Assembly (NCBI GenBank): GCA_009602735.1
Contig: WELA01001939.1
Location: forward strand, 1,021,742 to 1,046,948
Source of the DNA: Mesotaenium endlicherianum
Taxonomy: Eukaryota
DNA length: 25,207 bases
Direction of reading: 5' to 3'
The translations under genes were made by a program, and so were the position numbers. The notes below the pieces were generated by a model. It was not told the DNA's origin and searched no databases. It worked only from the letters and a program-made list of their open reading frames with translations. This document shows, in pieces, positions 10,276 to 20,848 of the stretch; position 1 is the first letter of the stretch, and each line of letters begins with the position of its first letter.

Positions 10276-11729
10276 GGCTGGTCTTTTCTCTCGACCTTAG
10301 GCAGGTGCTTGACCGGACACTGTTCTCTGTAGTGGCCTTTCTGCTGACAATGGTAGCAAGTAGATTTTGCTGAGGCTGGTCTCGGCTTAGTCCTACCACC
10401 ACCCCTTCCATAGCCACCTCGAGAGGGACCACCTCTACCTCTAGACTGAATAGCATTGTACTCATACTCATATTCATCACCCTGATTATCCTCAGCCTGG
10501 TCTCCTTCAACTGCATTGTAGGAACCGTGGGGCTTTTTGACAATCTTAGACACCAAAGCGTTACTCTGGCGCTTGTGATTGAACTGCTGCTGATCCCAGG
10601 CGTCAGCATCCTGGATCAAGTCAGCCAGTTTCTCATACTTTTTCTCAGCAAAATGACCAGAGACCTCGGATTTCAAGCCATACCTGAAGTATGCTATCCT
10701 ATACCGTTCTGGCAAATCAGGCTGCTTCATCATGTTCTCTTGGAACTTTTGAGCAAACTCAGCAACTGAAGTGGTCTGCTTCAGTGTCAGGGAGATCATC
10801 GCATAGATAGCTTTCTCCTGCTGGTTGATGACATCAAACTTCTCATGCAACTTCTCGACAAACTCTACCCACGTAGGGTCACCGAGTTGCCGAGCCTTAC
10901 GCTCTTCCTTCCAGTAAAGCCACCAGTCTGCGGCACTGCCTTTCAGTAGCGCACCGGTGTGCCTGACCTTCTCGTAATCTTGCAGTTCTGGGTAGTTCTC
11001 CAGCCACTGCTCAACATCCGCGAGAAACTTGATCAGGTAATATTTTCTGTTTCCCTCAGGATCATAGTCCTGGGGAGGTTTCGGCTTGGGCTTACTAGGC
11101 CCTCGGCCACCACCACTAGTGGTGTGAGACCCCAGTTGATCTCCGTCCCGCAGTAGGGAAATTATGATTCTTTTGTCCTCCTGTTGGGACTGATACATGG
11201 TCGCCATTTGCGACTGCATCTGAACGAACAATGCTCCCAAGTCTACATTTTGGGGTGGTAGATTAGCAAATGCAGCAGCAGCATTGGCATCTACTCGCTG
11301 AGTAGTGTCCTCAACAATCCCTCTTGCTCCTGCAGCAGCAATTCCTGCCGCATTCAGCCGGTCACGTATTTGACCTAGGGGTACATTGAGTTGTACGGCA
11401 GGAGGTGGGTTCAGAACATTGGCCCTTGATGCCATAAGTTCTTCAACAGTGCGCTCGTCAGCTGGCTGTCCTTCCCTCCTTTGTATATCTTCAGCGGCCT
11501 TTGCTACTTGTTCAGCTTCTAGTCTGGCTATCTCTTCCTCAGCTTGTTGAGCTGCGACTGAGGCAATAGCAGCTGCCTCATCTGCAGCCTCCCTAGCTGC
11601 AGTATCCGCTACTGCTTCCGAATAGGTACGGTTTCCCGCTACATGGCTTTCCGCCTGGTTTTCGACATTCTCGTTATCCTGGTTCTCCATGTCTCGGGAG
11701 TTGCTAGTTTGAGACCTTGTCCTTACCAT
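10251..11729 (-). CDS. gag: gag of copy B, 492 aa
   Basis: Open ORF 21 nt after the [35 protein letters not shown]-rich stretch, [14 protein letters not shown] knuckle. Confidence 0.95.
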   Translation of the reverse strand: MVRTRSQTSNSRDMENQDNENVENQAESHVAGNRTYSEAVADTAAREAADEAAAIASVAAQQAEEEIARLEAEQVAKAAEDIQRREGQPADERTVEELMASRANVLNPPPAVQLNVPLGQIRDRLNAAGIAAAGARGIVEDTTQRVDANAAAAFANLPPQNVDLGALFVQMQSQMATMYQSQQEDKRIIISLLRDGDQLGSHTTSGGGRGPSKPKPKPPQDYDPEGNRKYYLIKFLADVEQWLENYPELQDYEKVRHTGALLKGSAADWWLYWKEERKARQLGDPTWVEFVEKLHEKFDVINQQEKAIYAMISLTLKQTTSVAEFAQKFQENMMKQPDLPERYRIAYFRYGLKSEVSGHFAEKKYEKLADLIQDADAWDQQQFNHKRQSNALVSKIVKKPHGSYNAVEGDQAEDNQGDEYEYEYNAIQSRGRGGPSRGGYGRGGGRTKPRPASAKSTCYHCQQKGHYREQCPVKHLPKVERKDQPLKDSNSQ

Positions 11730-11750
11730 ACAAAGAAGACTGTGATAACT

Positions 11751-11762
11751 GCTCCGATACCA
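11751..11762 (-). promoter_or_regulatory. Primer-binding site (tRNA-iMet type), copy B
   Basis: TGGTATCGGAGC on the minus strand, 1 nt after the LTR end. Confidence 0.9.
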
Positions 11763-11763
11763 C

Positions 11764-12482
11764 TGAAATGAATCGACTTACCAAATAGGCGATTAACAAT
11801 TAATAAAGATCTTTATATCAGCAAGTAATCTTATGGTATTTCCGTTAACTAGTTAAACGGCAAAGGACAATACACTAGCAGGGAATAATACTCGTAAGTC
11901 AAATGCGAGTAAACTAGCATCAATGATGCAAATCAGTAAACTCATACATAAGCAAGGTTAGAAGACAGTGCGTATCAATGGCTTCTCGCCTTGGATGCAG
12001 AGTTCTCTAAGTAAGCTGTACAAGAGAGTTGGCCTCGTTTCCGAATGCCGAAGTCGAGAGCAATGCCTAGCGTATGTACATGGAATGAGTTTACTGTTCA
12101 ACGGTCAATGCGATGGCACCGCCTACCCGGGAGTTAACCACGTTGGTAGGACCTAGGTTAACCAAATCCACTGCCATCTCCCATCATCCCGAATAGCCAT
12201 CCATCATAGGGATGTCATCTGGCTATTCATCTAGCATATCGCACTTAGATGCATATCAAGGCAATTCGCTGCTACCGAGTACGGAAGTCAGCTTGCTGTC
12301 AAAGAATGTGTCAGCAAGCTGACTTATATGGACTTTCAGCCTGCTGCTTTCGACTGAGTCAGCAAACTGATAATTATGTAAAGTCCAGCAGACTGACTAT
12401 TAACTAAAGTTCAGCAGGCTGAACTTAATTAACTATATTATTTAAATGAATATTATATCGACTAATATACTGATTCATTATA
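11764..12482 (-). repeat. 5' LTR of copy B (719 bp; terminal TG mutated to TA)
   Basis: Repeat of 4417-5084; followed by TSD TATTG. Confidence 0.95.
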
Positions 12483-12487
12483 TATTG

Positions 12488-13284
12488 CCCCCTCACGTTG
12501 CGGCTTGGGACCCAAGATTGAATGGAGTCAGCGACTGCATGAGCCAAGAGATGCAGAGGGACAGAAGCAGGGCCCGAGAGTCATTCTCAAAAGGGAAGCA
12601 GGCTTATGCCAAATGGGCAAGCAAGCAGGGGGAAAGGGACCTCTATGCGGTCCGAACTCAGCAGCCCCCACCAGCACCCAAAAGGGGAAGGTCAGTAGGA
12701 TTTCTTTTTCTCGGGAAGAGGTGGAGCAGCTGACAGAAGAGACCCCAGAAGTCTCAGAGGAAGCCGGGGACGAAGAGGAGGAGGAGTCAGAGGAAGACGA
12801 GGAGGAAGGCGAGGAGGAGGACACTAGCCCCGCCGTGATCCTGACACCTGCCACATCCCCTGTAAGGGAGAAGACGGGGTTGGCCCTGCAGCAACTCGCT
12901 GAAGAGGAGGATATCACTTAACTAGGAACTGCCAAAGGACAGAGTCCATCTGCAGGCACGGAGACCCAGTCGGACAGGGCAGACAGGAGGGCTGCTCGGG
13001 AGATAGCCAGGGGCCTGCCAGCATCTCCCTCGCAGAGAGGGCATGTACCCTTGGCTCATGTCATGCAACATCCTTCTGGGATGCCGGTATACGTACCTGT
13101 CAGTTTGAGGGCTGCCCAGGAGAAGGCTGCCTCCCTTCAGTTTCAGACTGTGCAGGAGGAAACAGCCCAGTTACTGCGTTCTCCGCGGGGCCCCTACGCG
13201 GATCCCCCAGGCTTCAGGAGACCCCAAGACAGGAGGAGGTTTGGCTCCCCTGAGTATAGGGTCTTAGGGACATCTCCCTCCTAA
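12488..13284 (+). pseudogene. Extra ORF of copy A, 3' part (frameshift near 12700, stop at 12919)
   Basis: PPHVAAWDPRLNG, FSKGKQAYAKWA, PKRGRSV, acidic tract, ARGLPASPSQRGHVPLAHVMQHPSGMPVYV and LRSPRGP all match the B ORF. Confidence 0.88.
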
Positions 13285-13356
13285 TGGCAGTAGGCTGGGG
13301 ACGAAAGGGACAGCACGCTGTTATTAGTGTTAGTGTTGTCGAGGCGACAACATGAT

Positions 13357-13369
13357 AAGGTGGAGGGAT
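13357..13369 (+). promoter_or_regulatory. Polypurine tract of copy A
   Basis: AAGGTGGAGGGAT directly before TGTAATGAATC. Confidence 0.85.
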
Positions 13370-14090
13370 TGTAATGAATCAGTATATTGGTTGACCTAAT
13401 ATTCATTTAAATAATATAGTTAAATAAGTTCAGCCTGCTGAACTCTAGTTAATGATCAGTCTGCTGGACTTTATATTTACTATCAGTTTAATGACTCAGC
13501 CGGAAGCAGCAGGCTGATGTCAGCTTTAGTCAGCTTGCTGACACATTCTTTGACAGCCAGCTGGCTTCCGTACTCGGTAGCAGCGAACTGCCTCGATATG
13601 CATCTAAGTGTGGTGTGCTAGATGAATGGCCAGATGACATCCCTATGATGGATGGCGATTCGGGATGATGGGAGATGGCGGTGGATTTGGTTAACCGAGG
13701 TCTTACCAACGTGGTTAACTCCTGGGTAGGCGGTGCCATCGCACTGGCCGTTGAACAATAAACTCATTCCATGTACATATGCTAGGCATTGCTCTCGAGT
13801 TCGGCATTTGGAAATGAGGCCAACTCTCTTGTACAGCTTACTGTGGGAGATCTGAATCCAAGGCGAGAAGCCATTGATACGCACTCTCTTCTAACCTTGC
13901 TTATGTATGAGTTTACTGATTTGCATGATTGATGCTAGTTTACTCGCATTTGACTTATGAGTATTATTCCCTGCTAATGTGTAGTCCTTTGCCGTTTAAC
14001 CAGTTAACGGAAAATACCATAAAGATAACTTGCTGATATAAAGATCTTTATTGATTGTTAATCGCCTATTTGGTAAGTCAATTCATTTCA
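13370..14090 (+). repeat. 3' LTR of copy A (721 bp)
   Basis: TGTAATGAATC...GATTCATTTCA, 10/11 terminal inverted repeat; matches 1-532. Confidence 0.95.
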
Positions 14091-14878
14091 CGAGATCACC
14101 CTCAGGCTGATGGGGTTGTTGAACAAATAGTCCAGACAGTCAAGCGTAGCCTGCGTAAGTATGCTCTCACGTGTGATGTGTCCGACTGGGATGTACGCAT
14201 TCCGTGGCTTGCCATGGGCTACAACTTCAGCAACCAAGCCCCTTTGCGTTCGTACTCATTTTACTTCCTCCTCTATGGTCAAGAACCTCTTCTTCCCTCT
14301 GCCATTTGTCGCCGTGTTACGATACTCATCCACACTGATGATCACGACCTGCTATTGACTCACCTCAACGAGAGAGCTGCCTTATACCTTAAGCACATGC
14401 CTATTGCTATGGGTAACTTGCTCACTGCTCAGCACCAGGACACTTTGCGTTATGCTCGTTTGCGTAGTGGGGTGCACAAGCCACACATGGTCAAGTTTGA
14501 AGTTGGCAATTATGTCTATTTGCATCGAGAAGTGCGAGATACCCTCAACGTTCGTGCTGGACCTGTAATTCTGCGCGTGCGCACGGTCATCGGGTCCTGC
14601 CGCTTGAGGGGTCCGATGGTCGTACCGTTTGTGAGAACGTGAAGTATTGCGTACCATGCCACTTGCCTAATATCGTACACGAAGTTGACCCACTGAGAGC
14701 CACGGTCCCAGCTAATCACCAGTGTCGAGGGTGTGGTTCTAGTCGTCCTCATGCACCTATGCTGTTGTGCGACCATTGTAATGCTGGTTGGCACTTGGTT
14801 TGTTTGGTTCCACCTTTACCTAAAGTTCCTGAAGGTGATTGGTTTTGCCCCTCGTGCAGACCACCACCTCTAGCTTAG
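14091..14878 (+). pseudogene. pol: Integrase C-terminal half with terminal PHD finger (frameshift near 14600)
   Basis: HPQADGVVEQIVQTVKRSL, DWD..IPWLAMGYN, FLLYGQEPLLP, FEVGNYVYL, GPVILRV; then CRGC-x10-CDHC-x4-H-x2-C-x14-CPSC at 14723-14857. Confidence 0.88.
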
Positions 14879-15337
14879 GACCCCCTCATTACTTTCCTCC
14901 CTTTTTGTATTTCCGTTGCGTTTTCTTTTCTTTGGGTGTACGTTTGTTTTTTGTTTGCTTCCGCACCGTCGTTGCAGGTCACCTTTCCCCTTCATGGTGG
15001 CTGGAGTCCCTGCTCCACAATTCGCGGAGCCTCCCGCCGCCGCTGCTGACGCTTGCTATCGTGGACGCTCCTCGTGGGAGTTTCCTAGAGCGCGCGCGCA
15101 CGCCTTCTCAGTTGCCTCGGGGTCGTCAGTCGGCCGCGTCGCCCCACCTCTTTTCCGTTTCAGATTCCTATCCCGTGTCCGTTCGACACGTGTACCACCT
15201 GGAGTACCTCCCGCCAGGATTTTACTTCCCTGGTTCTCCAGAGACCGTCCACACTTCCGTTGTTCCTGATAATCACATTCTAGCTCCTCCGCGTTCAGCT
15301 GCGCTCACAGTCCCTCGCCCGCAGCTGGGGGGGGGGG

Positions 15338-15616
15338 TTTCATAGCTCATTTTTGCTCCTTAGTTAGTGCTTAGTAGCTGCTCAATTGCCCACTAGTGCC
15401 CATTAGTGCCGAGTTCAGACTTCTTGTATACTTTTTCCTTCACAGCCCATAAGCTGTGGGCTTTTCCCCCTAATAGGGGGGCTTTTTACCCACAGCACCT
15501 AGATTAGCCACTTCCCGTCCAGTCCTTTAGAGTCACGTCCTGTCCTTGCTATTTCAGCACTTGTGTTGATTAGGGGTGTCGATGTCTAGCATCTGCCGAC
15601 GGTCACTGTTACGACA
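15338..15616 (+). repeat. Probable 3' LTR of element C
   Basis: Follows the G-run; termini TTTCATAGC...GTTACGACA form an imperfect inverted repeat if the start was TGTC. Partner LTR not in window. Confidence 0.65.
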
Positions 15617-16390
15617 GCCATTGTTTTAGCAGACAGTAAGCGTCTAGAGTATCCTTCTGGAGCAGCGTTTCAAAAAGTCATGGATGACTTCGAATTGCAA
15701 CATGGGTGGAAAGGTGTTGTTGGAGCAATAGACTGCACACATATTAAAATTAGGAGGCCATTTGGAGAGGCGGGTGCATGTTACCATAATAGAATAGGTG
15801 ACTATAGTATTATCTTGCAAGCGGTTGTAGATTCTAAGTGTCGCTTTCTCGCCGTATACGCTTGATGGCCTGAATCTGTTCACGACGGTCGTGTCTTCAA
15901 AGCGTCCCCACTTCATGTTGCATACATGGCCAAGACGCATGCAATCGCAAGCATTCCTCATGTGCAATTGGAAAGTGGTGATCTCATAAAGCCGTACCTA
16001 TTGGGCGATGCTGGTAATTAACTCATGCCTTGAGTCATTACACCTTATGATAAGGCGGCATGCTAGCGAAATAGGTCATGTAGGAAGTCCAATTTTCAGC
16101 ATTCAAGTATGAGGATGTCGGTAGAGAGAACATCTGGCGTGTTGAAGAATGTCTGGCGTCTATTTAGTGGCGTAGATAGATACTTGAAGAATGATATAAA
16201 TGGTGTCACTGTCATTGTAATAGCTGGTTGTATCTTGCACAATTGGCTCATTGATATCCAAGAGACAAATGTAGAAGAGTATTCCACGCCTGAAGCGGAG
16301 TGTGGAAATGGTCAACTTGAGGCACAAGATGAAGATGATGATGGGGCTGGTTTAGTGCGGGACTGTCTACGAGTTGCTTTTATTGGTTAA
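15617..16390 (+). pseudogene. Harbinger/PIF DDE transposase, C-terminal part
   Basis: One frame with several stops: VVGAIDCTHI, YHNRIGDYSIILQAVVD, SVHDGRVF, YLLGDAG, ITPY, RMSVERTSGVLKNVWR, CILHNW. Confidence 0.93.
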
Positions 16391-17164
16391 GAGTAGCTTT
16401 ACTTTTAGGCTGAGCTGTTAGGCTGTCGAATCGTAGAATATAAAGCCAAATACTTTTGTCAATGATACAAAACCTTCATTACAATTGGAATAGCCTCTCA
16501 ATTTTGTTTTGTTCGGGCACTTTCACATTATAACTCGCATAAAATATGTGTCAGTTGAGTATAACTTTAGTGTGGGTGTACGACTTTTGTTATCTTTGGC
16601 CTTCACATGTGACTTACATGTGTGTACTTTGCTTCAAAGTTAGGTACATGCTCATGTCCAATTACTAAGGCAAGGAAACAAGGCTGTATGCAAATACTAC
16701 GGTTACCAAGTGGTGACATCAGTTTCATATGAAGTGTTATGTCCCACACTCTTGGCATAAGTATACATCCATTTACTAGCACTTCGATCAGCATTTTTGT
16801 TAGAGTCAATTTTGCCACTATGTATTACAGAGCTGCGTACTTAGCAAGTATTTTCTGTGTGCTTTAGATGAGATGTGATCCTGACATACACTGATTGTTG
16901 CTACTTATGCCAACTTGTGTCATTGTATGCCGCTTATGTATTGTACCAGGCAGCAAAGAATGGCCTTGTAAGTGCCATGCGATTTACTACAAATTATGCA
17001 TGAAGAAGTAGCACAAGACATCACAAGTTCATGATCGTGTAACTCAATATGACGAAGTTGACATTTCTATTAATGTTTCATACATGAACATTACTATTTT
17101 GCCACACACAAAGATTACTATGTTGCAATTGCAACGCCCTACACAATTAAAGTGAAGGACTTAC

Positions 17165-19503
17165 TTATCTTTGGGAGGTAATATAAAAAAGGTTATGCAA
17201 GCAACTAAGTACCTCATTGCATGCCAGGTTGAAGGCAGCAGGCTCGAGCTTCTTGTTGTAGGTTGTGATGGTGAGTGTGAACTCTTTGGTTATCGTCACT
17301 TCAACGAATGGGTGTCCAAAGAGGGCCACCACCGTAGCATCCCCAAGGCTGGGTGCTCGCAGACCTTTCCTACGGCCTTGGTTACTTGATGCTTCACACG
17401 CCTGCACGCACAAAAACATTTACACATACATCACAGGAACTAAAGTTAAGGCATGTAAGATGCACAATGCATGCAGGACGCAAAGGAAGCAAGTATGCAA
17501 GATGCACAAAAGCAAGCACAAGCACAGGAAGCAGCAGCCCGCATGCAAACACACGCAGCAAGCTACTAGCGGGCAGGCTGTCAGCGAGCAGCAGCACGCA
17601 CACAAACACACAAAGAGAGGTAAAAGCAGGCAGGCTGCCAGCAAGCAGCAGCACCAACAGCAGCCCACCCGCAAACACACAAAAGAAGCAAAAAGTAAGC
17701 ACGTGCCGAAGCACACGCAGCAAGGTTAAGGCGAGCAAGCTGTCAGCGAGGAGCAGTCCGCCCGTGAACACAGATAAGCAACAAGCAAGCGGGCAACAGC
17801 AAGCAGCAGCCCGCTCGCAAACATAGATAAGGCAACAAGCGGGCAGGCTGCCAGCGAGCAGCAGCCCGCCCGCAAACACACAAAAAAAGCAACAAGCAAG
17901 CACACAAGGCACAGTTAAGGCTAGACTGACAGTAAGAAGGAGCGGGCCCAAGAAACACACACATAAAGCAACAATAACCAGGTTGCCATCAAACAGCAGC
18001 CCGCCCGCGAACACAGATGAAGCAACAAGCGGGCAGGTTGCCAGGGAGCTGCAACCCGCCCGCAAGCACACAAGAGAAGCAGAGGTCTGCTCACAAACAC
18101 ACAAAGGAAGCAAAAAACGAGCACACGCAAGAAGGTAAAAGCGGGCAGGAAACCAACGAGCAGCAACCGCCCCGCAAGCAGACGAAAGAAGCAGAGGCCC
18201 GCGCGCAAACACACAAAGGAAGCAATAATCAAGCACACACAAAAAGGTAAAAGCGGGCATGCTTGTTAGCGAGCAACAGCCTGCCTGCAAACACGCAAAG
18301 TAAGGTACAAGCAAGCAGGCTCCAAACATGCAGCAGTCGGCACATATACACAAGAGCAAGCAAGTACAAACAAGCAAGTAAGCAAGTAAAAGTAGACAGG
18401 CCGCAAACACACAGTGCTCAAAGCGGGCAGGCTGCCAACGAGCAGCAGCCCGCACACATACACAAGAGCACACAAGTAAGAACAGGTAGTAAGCAAGTAA
18501 AAGCTAGCAGGCCGCAAACACAAGAACAAGCTTAAAGTGGGCTAGCAAGCCACCAGCAGCCTGGCAGCAAACACACACACAGCAAGGTAAGAGCGAGCAG
18601 CAGCCCGCACACATACACAAGAGCAAGCAAGTAAAATCATGGAGCAGGCAGGCTGGCAAAGAATAAGCGTAAATATGATAGAGTTGCTTACCTTGTGGGG
18701 TGATGAGGTTGGTCTCTTGTTTGAGAGCCCACCCAACATCCCTCTAGCTGCAACTTGGGCATCAACAGGTGACATGCAGTGCCCTCCAGTGTTGGAATGC
18801 TTTTTGCCAACAATTGCATTTAATGCCTCGAAGGTTTTGGTGGAGAAAACTCTAGGCAAAGCAGTGAAATGCCACATACTTTTAGCCTCTCTGTTCTCAA
18901 TCTTACCCATGTCCCAGTACGATTTAAATGTTCCAATTTTGCTCGAGAGGTCAATAATTGCCTTGTAAGCAGCCAACATATTGTTCCACGTAAAGTTGCA
19001 TTAATCGGAGGTTCGAGCATAACCATGAAGAGTCATGTACTCAGAAATTGCTAACCACTTGTCAGCTGCTGTTTGGTGAACAGGTTTTCCCTTAGTGGTA
19101 TAGCCACCTACCCCACCAACCTTAATGGCCTTACCTTTCGCTATAGCCTTCTAATCAGCAGCGCTCTTCTTGCTCTCATTCCTTTCTCTCATTTTAAAAC
19201 TAGTATCTGCACACGCTTGCACAAGACATAGCATGGCATCCTCCGACCAGAGTTCTTCCTTGGCAGGGGGCGACGGTGTTGGTGGAGCTTGCGGAGCGGC
19301 TGGAACGGCAGCTGGTGGGGCGGCTGAAGAAGGTTGTCCTTCTAGGTCGACGTCAGGATCTGTGAGGCTAACATAGAGCAATACAGGGCTCTCTTTATTG
19401 GGATGCACTACAGTTGGGAATTCTGAGCGTTCTCAACTTGAAAAGCAGGGGGGTGCTCGCCTGCTCCTAAATCTAAGTGGGACGAGGAGGACGACCCAGC
19501 CAT
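17165..19503 (-). pseudogene. Harbinger-associated Myb/SANT-like trihelix DNA-binding protein, multi-exon; both ends uncertain
   Basis: Continuous frame 19408-18692 with two stops: WSEDAMLCLV...KWLAISEYMTLHGYARTSD*CNFTWNNMLAAYKAI...SYWDM...LPRVF; phase-0 intron candidate 18691-17402. Confidence 0.82.
17460..18660. repeat. Degenerate tandem repeat / low-complexity array (~60-bp units)
   Basis: Recurrent AAGCGGGCAGGCTGCCAGCGAGCAGCAGCCCGCCCGCAAACACAC-like units; strongly T-poor on + strand. Confidence 0.85.
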
Positions 19504-20040
19504 GACCAGGGAAAACAGGTAGTGAGTTAATATGAACTTGCGACGGGAATAATGACTCTGAAGCCTTCCTTCGCTGCATGTATAAAGTGGGAGGTCCTTG
19601 ATGAGGAAAGCGCTATGTTCGCAGTTTGGTTTCTTGGACTTCATGGGCGCGAACATGCAAAATGTTTGCCAAAATTTGCTTAAAAATGGGATTGGCAACT
19701 CACGAGGAGTTCAAAATTGACGTGAAAGTACGCCAACGAGTGCAGTATGCGGGGATAGCAACGTCGGATTTGACATGTACAACGGTGGACCTCGCACACC
19801 GGAAGATGGGAACGACAAAGAGTCTCAATTACGGAAAACAGGTCAATTGCGTTTTCTGCTATGCAGTTCACTTTTAGCCGTTTTCTGATTGTAAGCGCAA
19901 CTGAAATGAATTATAAGGAGCGCGCCAAAGTGCACTCTAAACATAAAAAATGGTCAAGATTTCAAACTCTACCGGCGCGTTGTATCGCCGGGTACAAACG
20001 GGTACAGTTGAATTGAATAAAATCGCTCGTTTTTGCCCAC

Positions 20041-20053
20041 TCTAGACCGGCCC
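20041..20053 (-). repeat. Candidate right TIR of Harbinger D (GGGCCGGTCTAGA on minus strand) with TAA target site at 20054-20056
   Basis: GGGCC-type start and TAA/TTA target are typical of PIF/Harbinger; partner TIR not in window. Confidence 0.6.
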
Positions 20054-20067
20054 TAAGTCAGTGCACA

Positions 20068-20811
20068 TGTAAGGTCATAGGTTTATAAAGTGCATTTTTG
20101 AGTTCCATAAAAGTACATTCTGATTGCATAGTAGTGTAGAATGCATTTTTGTGGTCATTTTGATATAAAGTTCATCGAATTTGGTTGAGTATTGAGAGTG
20201 TTACGGATTTCTGAATTTTAATTAGTTTTGAGGTCGGTCGACGACTGTCCTTAGTTCGCGGTGAGCGCGATCGTCGGACTGACCAACAGCGTCGAGCAAT
20301 CTGGCCCGTTAGAGTGAACTCGAACCTTCACGTAAGTTCGGCTGACGCGGAGTGCCGACTAGGTCGATATACCTAGAAGTTTCGGTTTAGCCGAGCGCGC
20401 CTAAGATAGAATATTCTAGTAATGTCGATGCATGTATGTGGACGTCAAGTTGACCCGACACGTCAGATGAGACTGATCTGGCATAATTTTGAACATTTAG
20501 GAAGGGACGAATTGACAAACACTTAGGAAATTCCGTAGCTTGCTCCTAGAGAGGAGCACTTAGGCAAAAAACTATAAATAGACATAACTTCTTCATTTCT
20601 TATTAGTTTTCAATTCTGTAAATTTCTACGGGTTTGTAATGACAAGCCCTTTCATCCTATTCCATTTGTGAGCAGTTTTTTTTGACTCAAAATGCTGAGT
20701 AATTTTCCTAAGCTTTCTTAGTGATATACTGCTGCACTCTTTAATATGATTGCAACTAGTTCTTTTTCTCGTGAGTCACTGCGCTTCCACTAGGGCACTC
20801 TGCCCCTTTCA
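20068..20811 (+). repeat. 5' LTR of E (744 bp)
   Basis: TG...CA; 20177-20811 repeated at 24032-24665; TATA-like CTATAAATA near 20572. Confidence 0.9.
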
Positions 20812-20813
20812 TC

Positions 20814-20825
20814 TTGTATCAGAGC
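20814..20825 (+). promoter_or_regulatory. Primer-binding site (tRNA-iMet type), element E
   Basis: TTGTATCAGAGC, one mismatch to TGGTATCAGAGC, 2 nt after the LTR. Confidence 0.85.
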
Positions 20826-20848
20826 TGGGCTAGTTTGCACGTTATATT

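Larger units (their letters stand above)
4417..12482 (-). mobile_element. Ty3/gypsy chromovirus LTR retrotransposon, copy B (same family as A, inverted, open ORFs where sequenced)
   Basis: LTRs 4417-5084 and 11764-12482, TSD TATTG at 4412-4416 and 12483-12487, PBS, gag, pol, extra ORF, PPT; contains two N gaps. Confidence 0.93.
1..14090 (+). mobile_element. Ty3/gypsy chromovirus LTR retrotransposon, copy A (degenerate, internally deleted, interrupted by copy B; 5' end outside window)
   Basis: Direct LTRs 1-532 and 13370-14090, PBS 534-545, gag-PR-(deleted)-IN C-terminus-chromodomain, extra ORF, PPT 13357-13369. Confidence 0.95.
14091..15616 (+). mobile_element. Ty3/gypsy element C, 3' portion (integrase-PHD, PPT, probable 279-bp LTR)
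   Basis: Integrase resumes right after A's LTR; G-run PPT 15327-15337; ends ...GTTACGACA exactly where the Harbinger transposase frame resumes. Confidence 0.8.
15617..20053 (+). mobile_element. PIF/Harbinger DNA transposon D, right portion, degenerate
   Basis: Harbinger-type DDE transposase plus convergent Myb/SANT trihelix gene; candidate terminus TCTAGACCGGCCC followed by TAA. Confidence 0.82.

Noticed and set aside
17265..18535. Long Cys/Leu-rich and Gln/Lys-rich ORFs (e.g. 359 aa at 17394-18473)
   Set aside because: By-product of a T-poor repeat array in which stops are rare; open in many frames.
17460..18660. CRISPR-like array
   Set aside because: Units are degenerate with no constant repeat/unique spacer pattern, no cas genes, eukaryotic context.
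15617..19503. Domesticated host HARBI1/ALP1-like and trihelix transcription factor genes
   Set aside because: Multiple in-frame stops, paired arrangement and a TIR-like end fit a decayed transposon.
19626..19877. Short ORFs upstream of the Myb gene
   Set aside because: No recognisable motifs; probably promoter or subterminal DNA of D.
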